64,000 bases of DNA from an uncultured Candidatus Saccharibacteria bacterium. Lineage in GTDB: Bacteria > Patescibacteriota > CPR2 > UBA1875 > CAIMLA01. Each line of letters begins with the position of its first letter. The first letter of the stretch is position 1. The notes beneath the pieces are model-generated. The model was not told the origin of the DNA. It worked only from the letters and a program-made list of their open reading frames with translations, and did no database searches. The stretch is taken from positions 1,283 through 65,282 of the forward strand of contig CAZEFH010000003.1 of NCBI GenBank assembly GCA_964511435.1, read 5' to 3'. Below are positions 9,112 through 15,900 of the stretch, in pieces. A program made the translations under genes and the position numbers.

Positions 9112-9720
9112 TTAACCTTCCTTTATTTTAGTAATTATTTCCTTATAAATTATTCTATGAGCGAAATTATTTGGATGAAATCCATCATACGTAATTTTAT
9201 TATATTTAATTAATTTATCAAAAACATTAATATAATTAATCTGGTTATCTATACACACATTATGCAAAAGATGATTATATTCTTTAATATTTGAGTTAGT
9301 TTGATATAAACTAGGTCTCCAAATGACAGGGTATGTTTTTATTTCATTAACAGGTGGAATGCTGATAATATATACATTACTTGAATATTTTTTTGTGACC
9401 TTAGATATTTCAGAAATATTTTTTCTAAAATCTTCTGGATTAATAAAGTACTTATTATTTTTTATATATTTTTGCGAATCATTTATACCTACAAAAATGA
9501 CTATTTTGGAATTGTTATTACGGTTTCTGGCTTTAAGTTCCGAATCTATTCTTTGAAGCAATTTTGTAGATGTGTCGCCAGGTATACTGAGATTATAAAA
9601 TTCTGAAATATTGGTTTGGCATTTATTAAAACTTTTTCTTATTAATGCTGTCCATTCCTTAGCCTTTGAACTCGTTTCAAAGGATAGGCTGTCACCAAAC
9701 ACAAATATCGTACTATTCAT
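9112..9720 (-). CDS. SGNH/GDSL-family hydrolase (esterase/acylhydrolase)
   Basis: The N-terminus IFVFGDSLSF carries the GDS(L) block I with the catalytic Ser. A DGFHPN-like block V (YDGFHPNNFAH) with the catalytic His lies near the C-terminus. Confidence 0.65.
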   Translation of the reverse strand: MNSTIFVFGDSLSFETSSKAKEWTALIRKSFNKCQTNISEFYNLSIPGDTSTKLLQRIDSELKARNRNNNSKIVIFVGINDSQKYIKNNKYFINPEDFRKNISEISKVTKKYSSNVYIISIPPVNEIKTYPVIWRPSLYQTNSNIKEYNHLLHNVCIDNQINYINVFDKLIKYNKITYDGFHPNNFAHRIIYKEIITKIKEG

Positions 9721-9740
9721 AATATTATTATAGCATAAAT

Positions 9741-9768
9741 AAAAAGGCTTAGGAAAGCCTTAATAAAT
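9741..9768 (-). terminator. Rho-independent terminator of ssrA
   Basis: Reading the minus strand after the tmRNA CCA end gives a hairpin aaggcttt-ccta-aagcctt followed by ttttt. Confidence 0.7.
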
Positions 9769-9772
9769 GTCA

Positions 9773-10165
9773 TGGTGGAGCTGGTGGGTACTGCCCCCAC
9801 GTCCGAAAGCGGAATCAGACTGATTTGTAGCAACCTTACTCTAGTCTAGTAGTTTCGATCAAGTGGTAAAGACTGGAGAAAATCCACTATTTCTATTCAC
9901 TAAGTCTTAGGCTCGCTTAGTAAACTCACGAGTAGCATCCTGACATATATGACACTCAGACAGACGATTCAGGCCTCGACTGCTAGAATGGTTACTGTTA
10001 TTAGGCAGCAACTGGCGCAAAACTGTTTACGCGGAAAGCGTTTGCAATCTTGCTAGCAAAAGTGTTTGCACTTATGCGTTGATACGCTTGGTAACGCGGA
10101 CGTATCATTCCGCGGATTGCATCATTCTGATTTCAAGATACCTTCGTCGAAGCTATTTCAGCCCC
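9773..10165 (-). ncRNA. ssrA: tmRNA (transfer-messenger RNA, SsrA), about 393 nt
   Basis: The minus strand reads 5'-GGGGCUGAAAUAGCUUCGACGAAGG… and ends …GGACGUGGGGGCAGUACCCACCAGCUCCACCA-3'. The acceptor stem GGGGCUG/CAGCUCC has a G3:U pair, the Ala identity element. There is a T-arm-like GUGGG/CCCAC, a terminal CCA, and an internal ORF GCA AAC GCU UUC CGC GUA AAC AGU UUU GCG CCA GUU GCU GCC UAA UAA. This gives the tag ANAFRVNSFAPVAA with a double stop, as in canonical SsrA tags ending in AA. Confidence 0.85.
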
Positions 10166-10193
10166 TGAAATGCGGTGTCCGAAGACAATTATT

Positions 10194-10221
10194 ATTATAG
10201 CACAAAATAGTAAAAAATCAA
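10194..10221 (-). promoter_or_regulatory. Putative sigma70-type promoter of ssrA
   Basis: The minus strand reads TTGATT-16 nt-TATAAT, with the -10 about 29 nt upstream of the mature tmRNA 5' end. This fits a short precursor leader. Confidence 0.45.
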
Positions 10222-11237
10222 GTATTTTGTTTGAAAGATTCAAGTTTTTGCAAGTAGAAAAACCCTAGACCTAGTGGTAACCAGAAATTGAGACCACGGA
10301 AGGCGATAGCGATTGCGGTGGCAGATACAAGTGGAACTCCGAAGGAGGTGAAGATTAGTACTATTACGGCTTCAACCGCCCCTACTCCCTCTGGCTGGGG
10401 CGAAATAACACGGGCAACCTCGGCAAAGACATAGCCGGCAACCAGGGCTCCGTAGTGAATCTTGATATCAAATGCGACAAAGATTACGAATAAAGACAGA
10501 ATGTTAATAATGTGGGCAATCAGGGCGTATCCTAGGGTTTCAGCAATTTTAAGATAATGTCCACTTATCATCGAAGCAGCTTCTCGAAGCTCTTCCGTGA
10601 TTGATTCGCCCCACTTCTTCAAGAGTTTCCTTTTACTACGGAATATCTTTAAGAAAAAGTTAACCACCTTTGCTATCCCGTTTAAGAACTTTGTAGTACC
10701 AAGGGGGTTCTTGGCAGCAGTGAATAGTAGTAGTGGTGGTAAGGCAGTAGGAATAACGAATATAGTGGCCCCGATAATTTCATAGGTATTGAGAAAGTTA
10801 TTTCGGGATAGAAAGTAGACTGCAAATATCAGGAGTACAGTAAATGAGGCATAGCTTGAAACAGTACTGACGAGGTAGCCAACCACAGCATGAGTAGAAG
10901 ATTCTTTTCTGCGCGCTGCATCATCGGCAAAAAGAATGGTGCCTGAGTTGCCTGCTGTCGGAGCCAGGGTATTTACAAACAGGGATCCGAGAACGAGGGG
11001 AATAAGATGTTTTAACTTGCGATACATCTTTACTGCTTCGAAAGCCTTCTTGGTCATAAATGAATATACAACGTAGTAGACGGCTTGAAGTAGGGCGGCT
11101 ACTAGAAGCCAGCGCCAACTGCCTCGGGAAAATGCATCTACAACTTCGGACAGCTCTTTTAGATGAAAAAATACATAAGTAATAAATCCTATAAAGAGGA
11201 GCGAAAAAATAATATTACGTGCATTAAGCTTCTTCAT
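10218..11237 (-). CDS. Polytopic membrane protein of the lysylphosphatidylglycerol-synthase-TM-like / flippase-like (UPF0104) family
   Basis: 339 aa with about eight transmembrane segments. Overlaps the upstream GT2 gene by 14 nt, giving a GtrB-like GT2 plus flippase-like arrangement. Paralogous in architecture to 28963..29976. Confidence 0.5.
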   Translation of the reverse strand: MKKLNARNIIFSLLFIGFITYVFFHLKELSEVVDAFSRGSWRWLLVAALLQAVYYVVYSFMTKKAFEAVKMYRKLKHLIPLVLGSLFVNTLAPTAGNSGTILFADDAARRKESSTHAVVGYLVSTVSSYASFTVLLIFAVYFLSRNNFLNTYEIIGATIFVIPTALPPLLLFTAAKNPLGTTKFLNGIAKVVNFFLKIFRSKRKLLKKWGESITEELREAASMISGHYLKIAETLGYALIAHIINILSLFVIFVAFDIKIHYGALVAGYVFAEVARVISPQPEGVGAVEAVIVLIFTSFGVPLVSATAIAIAFRGLNFWLPLGLGFFYLQKLESFKQNT

Positions 11238-11958
11238 GGCTATATTTCTTGATAAATCTACGATAACGATTGTTGAGAGCAGCCATTTCTAGGAATTGCA
11301 GACCGACACGATAGAAGGGGAAAGCGCGGAAAATATTTCCAACCATTCTAAAATCAGCCATTACACCCTGCCAGTAATCCATCTTCTCGTGCTTTGGGGT
11401 GGCGTAAAGATTCGGTAGGTAGACACTGATAAACGTTTTACCGCGGTCTAGAAATGAATCGTTCATTAGTACTTCGAGGCCATAGCCGATACGGGGCTTG
11501 GTCCAGATATTGTAGTCAGCCAGCATTTTCTTTTTGATGCAGCGCTCACCACTAACGAAGTCCATTTTGAACCATTTGTAGATATTCGAGGAATTGCCTC
11601 GAATACTGAGAGTCCAATCAACGAGATTGGTTAGGACCGGAATCGCAAGATCAGTTACGTTCTCGGCTGTAAGATGCTTAAGATCGGCATCGAGAAGCAT
11701 CACCACATCGTTTTTTGCATATTTAAGTCCATATTTTACAGCTAAAGTTTTGCCTAAAGAGTCCTTATGAACGTGTACGTGGGCCTTGTATTTTCGGGCA
11801 ACTTCGACGGTATTATCGGTACAACCGTCGCAGACCACAACTACGTCGTCAACCATCGGATGGTTACACACAATCTTTAGAACATTGCCGATACGATTTT
11901 CTTCATTACGAGCTGCGATGATGACGCTGACTTTTTTCTCTCTTGCTTCCATATGCAC
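11224..11958 (-). CDS. Family 2 glycosyltransferase (polyprenyl-phosphate sugar transferase-like)
   Basis: VSVIIAARNEENRIGNVL…VVVCDGCTD…LLDADL is the GT2 DxD-type N-terminal signature. 244 aa. Confidence 0.7.
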   Translation of the reverse strand: MHMEAREKKVSVIIAARNEENRIGNVLKIVCNHPMVDDVVVVCDGCTDNTVEVARKYKAHVHVHKDSLGKTLAVKYGLKYAKNDVVMLLDADLKHLTAENVTDLAIPVLTNLVDWTLSIRGNSSNIYKWFKMDFVSGERCIKKKMLADYNIWTKPRIGYGLEVLMNDSFLDRGKTFISVYLPNLYATPKHEKMDYWQGVMADFRMVGNIFRAFPFYRVGLQFLEMAALNNRYRRFIKKYSHEEA

Positions 11959-12004
11959 ATTCTACCTGATTTTACGCTATAATTGTACTATAAAGAGGGA
12001 AATC

Positions 12005-13318
12005 ATGAGAATTGCTTACCTTACCGACACATATCAGCCCGAAGTGAATGGAATTGTGACTAGTATTACAAACTTTACCGAGAGACTAGCTGCTGCTGGT
12101 CATGAAGTCCTGATTATTGCGCCGAAGTATAACAAGAAGAAGGACCATCCACTGCCTAGGATTAAGATTAAGAGGTACAAAAGCTTCTCTTTTGCAACCA
12201 ATAAGGAGACGCGCATCGCTTACCCGTCAGTTATTGGAATTATTTCAGACCTTCGAGAATTTAAGCCTGACATCATACATATTCAAACACCGATGAGCAT
12301 CGGTGTTACCGGGGTAATTGCGGCGAAAATTCTGGGAATCCCCAGTATTCAGACCTATCACACATATATTCCTGACTTTATGATTTATGTTAGCCCCTAT
12401 AATCTACTAGGTTTTGGGAAAATGGCTAATGCAATCGCGAGTTCTCGTTTCGCAAAGGCAATTATTAAGTCTGATACATATAAGTTGCTTGAGGAGACCG
12501 GCGATGGTATTACGCGTCGTTCAGAAGTAATTTCGGCGCTAAAGAAGCTTCGCCGCCGCTTCACTCGCCCTGGAGAAAATAGGTTTTCTGATCGGATGGC
12601 ATGGGATATTACCCGTTTTCTGTATGGTAAATCAGACATTGTACTGACGCCTTCTGTAGCTCTAGCGAAGCTGCTCACTCGTCACCGTGTCGGAGTTCCA
12701 GTACTGGACATGAGTAATGGTATTGAGTACGACCACTTCAAAAAGAAAAACCGATATTTTATCAGGAACAGGATAATATATGTCGGTCGCCTAGGACTTG
12801 AAAAGGGAATTGATGTAGTAGTAAAGGCTTTTGCTCTGGCAAAAAAACAGAACCCTGAGCTGAAACTAGACCTATATGGTGATGGTCCTGCCAAGGAAAT
12901 GCTCCATCAGCTAGCCCAGAAACTAGGTATTGAAGATAGTATCCACTTTGTTGGTTTTGTTTCACGCGCCGAGATTAAAAGGTCTTTGAAGCGAAATGAC
13001 TGTTTTGTGACAGCGAGTACAATGGAGACTCAGGGTCTCGTAATTCTCGAGGCGATGGCGGCAGGACTTCCAGTAATTGGGGTGAATGCACTTGCGGTTC
13101 CTGAGCTAGTTCACGACGGGGAAAACGGATATCTAGTAGAGCCACATAACTATAAGCAAATGGCAGAAGCAATGCTAAAACTAACAGAATCAGCCTCAAG
13201 AAACAGGGAATTTGGTAATAAATCCTCTGAATATGCCGAGGTCCACAATGTCACACACTGTGCCGAGAAACTTGAGAGTGTCTACGGAAATCTTCTAGCA
13301 GGAAAATACAAGAAATAA
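12005..13318 (+). CDS. Family 4 (GT-B) glycosyltransferase
   Basis: The start is revised to ATG 12005 (MRIAYLTDTYQPEVNGIVTSI), which has an RBS (aagaggga). The track ORF starting at 11786 overlaps the divergent GT2 gene. The C-terminus has the GT4 motif EAMAAGLPVIG. Confidence 0.75.
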   Translation: MRIAYLTDTYQPEVNGIVTSITNFTERLAAAGHEVLIIAPKYNKKKDHPLPRIKIKRYKSFSFATNKETRIAYPSVIGIISDLREFKPDIIHIQTPMSIGVTGVIAAKILGIPSIQTYHTYIPDFMIYVSPYNLLGFGKMANAIASSRFAKAIIKSDTYKLLEETGDGITRRSEVISALKKLRRRFTRPGENRFSDRMAWDITRFLYGKSDIVLTPSVALAKLLTRHRVGVPVLDMSNGIEYDHFKKKNRYFIRNRIIYVGRLGLEKGIDVVVKAFALAKKQNPELKLDLYGDGPAKEMLHQLAQKLGIEDSIHFVGFVSRAEIKRSLKRNDCFVTASTMETQGLVILEAMAAGLPVIGVNALAVPELVHDGENGYLVEPHNYKQMAEAMLKLTESASRNREFGNKSSEYAEVHNVTHCAEKLESVYGNLLAGKYKK

Positions 13319-13719
13319 TGCACTATATATGCGTCAATTTACGGATTTGTTCTATGTTTTGTTTGCTTTACTAAAGTAAGGTACTTCCAGATACTTTTGT
13401 CTATCGTCACAAAAGTATCCAAAAAGACTCTTTTTACACGTCAGTCTGCGGACTTCCGTGAAGGCTAGTCATCTCATTGGTAGTAGTATATTTAGTTTGA
13501 ACCAAGGTGACGAATAAATAATGTTTTTTCGAAAAATCGCTTTGCCGATTTAGGCCGACATCATAAGTTACAAATTCCAAACATTATATAGAATAATGAT
13601 TAAAATCTATAGTTCCTTCTCTTCGCCTAGAATAACAAAATTAAGTTTTGTAACGAATGACGAGTTTGATTTTTCTTGAACTTAACTCCATTTTCTTTCA
13701 AGAGAAAATGGAAAAAGAA

Positions 13720-14175
13720 TTATTCAAAGTTCTTTAGTTCGCGCTGGGCATCGAGGTTAATATCGTGCTCACGTAGAGCACTGCGTTTATTGTGCAGTTT
13801 TTTGCCTCGAGCAAGAGCAATTTCAAGCTTGATTAGTCCGTGCGAGAAGTATATCTTGACTGGGACAATGGTAAATCCCTGGGCTTCAACTCGACCAATA
13901 AGAGAGTCAATTTCAGTGCGTTTTAGAAGTAAGCGACGGGCGCGAGTCGGCTCTGCATTATTCTGGGCAGCTGGTTTGTAGGGTGAAATATGAGCATTGT
14001 TGAGCCAGATTTGACCATCTTTGACAGTCGCAAAGGCTTCTTTGAGTGAAATGTGGCCATCACGAATAGACTTCACTTCCGGTCCAGTGAGCTCGATTCC
14101 AGCCTCATACTCCTCGAGGAGTTCATAATCGAAGCGGGCTTTTTTATTCTCGGCGATGATTTTGATTGCCTTCAT
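13720..14175 (-). CDS. smpB: SsrA-binding protein SmpB
   Basis: 151 aa. IAENKKARFDYELLEEYEAGIELTGPEVKSIR…GQIWLNNAHISPY…LLLKRTEI is the canonical SmpB sequence. It lies 3.5 kb from ssrA. Confidence 0.9.
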   Translation of the reverse strand: MKAIKIIAENKKARFDYELLEEYEAGIELTGPEVKSIRDGHISLKEAFATVKDGQIWLNNAHISPYKPAAQNNAEPTRARRLLLKRTEIDSLIGRVEAQGFTIVPVKIYFSHGLIKLEIALARGKKLHNKRSALREHDINLDAQRELKNFE

Positions 14176-14226
14176 AATGAGGTCATTATACTATGATTTC
14201 GGCTTTATTTCGAGTATAATGGCTGC

Positions 14227-15861
14227 ATGATTACAGATAAAATCAAAGATAATATATTGCTTGCTATTCAGTCTATTTATCAGCTTCACCCGAAGTCAGA
14301 TGTAATAGAAGTGACTCAAGCTGCAAATCGCGAACACGGTGACTACGCTACTAACATCGCTTTTAAACTGGCGAAGGAGCTGAGCAAGAGTCCGAAAGCA
14401 ATTGCTGAGGAAATTGCAAAAGTGCTAGATTCAGACGGCAGTTTTGCAAAAGTCGAAGCCGTTAATGGCTTTGTGAATATGTTTCTCGATCACAGCTATT
14501 TTCAGGGTGTGGTAGCGCAAATACTGAAAGAAAAAGAACATTATGCCGACCTTAATTTGCTGAGAGATAAGAAAATTCAGGTCGAGTTTATCTCTGCCAA
14601 TCCTACAGGGCCACTGACCCTAGCGAATGGACGCGGTGGATTTAGTGGTGATGTACTGGCAAATGTTTTTACAAAAGCAGGCGCTAAGGTTGAACGCGAA
14701 TACTATGTCAATGATGGTGGTAATCAAGTCCGCATTCTCGGAGATGCTATTCTGGTGTCGGCTGGTCTAAAGAAGGCTGAGGGCGATATTTATCACGGTG
14801 AATACATCGATAATCTTGCAAAGAAATATTCAGATAAACTGGTAGAGTATCAAGATAAGCCTTTTGAACTTGGTGTTATGGCAGCCAAAGACCTGCTTGA
14901 TGCGATGGTGAAACCATCTACAAAAAAGATTGGGATAAACTTTGATAAGTGGTTTTCAGAAAAAGAAATGATTGACCGAGGTGAAGTTGAGGAGTCTCTC
15001 GCCAAAATTCAGGAAATGGGACTTACAAAAACGGAAGAAGGGGCACTCTGGTTCAAAACAACTGAGTTTGGCGATGACAAAGACCGAGTACTAGTAAAGT
15101 CCGATGGCGAAAAAACCTATTTTGCCAATGATGTTGCATATCACTGGGACAAGTTTGAAAAACGTAATTTTGATAAGGTAGTAAACTTTTGGGGAGCCGA
15201 TCACCATGGATATGTTGGCCGAATGCAGGCTGCAGTGACAGCAATGGGCTTCGGGGGTAGATTGAATATTGCCATCATGCAGTTAGTACGACTGATTAAA
15301 GATGGTCAGGAATTCAAGATTTCCAAGAGAAAAGGTAATTTTGTCACAGTAGATGACCTGCTTGATCTGATTGGTGGTTCAGAAAAGGAGGCAGCAGATG
15401 TGGCGAGGTTCTTTTTCCTTATGCGCTCATCTAGTACCCATATGGACTTTGATCTTGATCTGGCTCGCGAACACTCTGACAAAAACCCGGTTTTTTATGT
15501 GAAGTATGCACATGCTCGTATTTCAAGTATTCTCAGGAATGCCGGTGAGTTAAAATTGCCGAAGTCGGAACTGTCACTTCTTACTGAGCCACAGGAAACC
15601 GAGCTGATAGAACAAATGGCCCAACTACCTCAGGTAATCATGAGTATCGTATCTTTTGATGAATATCCGGTGCACTATTTGACTTTTTATGCAATTGACC
15701 TCGCGAAGAAATTTCATGCGTTTTATGATAAATGCAGAGTTATAGACGAGGAAAATTTAGAGCTTACGGCTGCTCGTATTGAATTAGTGAGAGCAACTCA
15801 AATAGTCCTTGGAATTGTGATGCGAGACCTCATCGGCATCGATGCGCCTGAAAAGATGTAA
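14227..15861 (+). CDS. argS: Arginine--tRNA ligase
   Basis: 544 aa. Contains HGDYATNIAFKLAKEL, YVNDGGNQVRILG, FWGADHHGYV and ISKRKGNFVTVDDLLD (MSK-like). The HIGH-position motif reads ANPTGPLTLANGRGG, i.e. TLAN instead of H-x-G-H. Confidence 0.85.
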   Translation: MITDKIKDNILLAIQSIYQLHPKSDVIEVTQAANREHGDYATNIAFKLAKELSKSPKAIAEEIAKVLDSDGSFAKVEAVNGFVNMFLDHSYFQGVVAQILKEKEHYADLNLLRDKKIQVEFISANPTGPLTLANGRGGFSGDVLANVFTKAGAKVEREYYVNDGGNQVRILGDAILVSAGLKKAEGDIYHGEYIDNLAKKYSDKLVEYQDKPFELGVMAAKDLLDAMVKPSTKKIGINFDKWFSEKEMIDRGEVEESLAKIQEMGLTKTEEGALWFKTTEFGDDKDRVLVKSDGEKTYFANDVAYHWDKFEKRNFDKVVNFWGADHHGYVGRMQAAVTAMGFGGRLNIAIMQLVRLIKDGQEFKISKRKGNFVTVDDLLDLIGGSEKEAADVARFFFLMRSSSTHMDFDLDLAREHSDKNPVFYVKYAHARISSILRNAGELKLPKSELSLLTEPQETELIEQMAQLPQVIMSIVSFDEYPVHYLTFYAIDLAKKFHAFYDKCRVIDEENLELTAARIELVRATQIVLGIVMRDLIGIDAPEKM

Positions 15862-15862
15862 A

Positions 15863-15894
15863 AAAAAGAGGCTCGGCTGAGCCTCTTTTAAAAT
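15863..15894. terminator. Bidirectional rho-independent terminator between argS and the convergent gene
   Basis: aaaaaaaagaggctcggctgagcctcttttaaaa: an 8-bp GC-rich stem flanked by A and T runs on both sides. Confidence 0.7.
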
Positions 15895-15900
15895 ACTCAT

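Noticed and set aside
9741-9781. Interpreting the three tmRNA-end repeats as a classical attL/attR pair with an intact integrase
   Set aside because: No integrase or excisionase ORF lies between the copies. The identity also extends into the terminator rather than deeper into tmRNA. It is kept as a hypothesis of a decayed or tandem island, not as a confirmed mobile element.
12397-13199. Four minus-strand ORFs (67-93 aa) inside the GT4 gene
   Set aside because: Antisense frames within a confidently assigned glycosyltransferase. Spurious.
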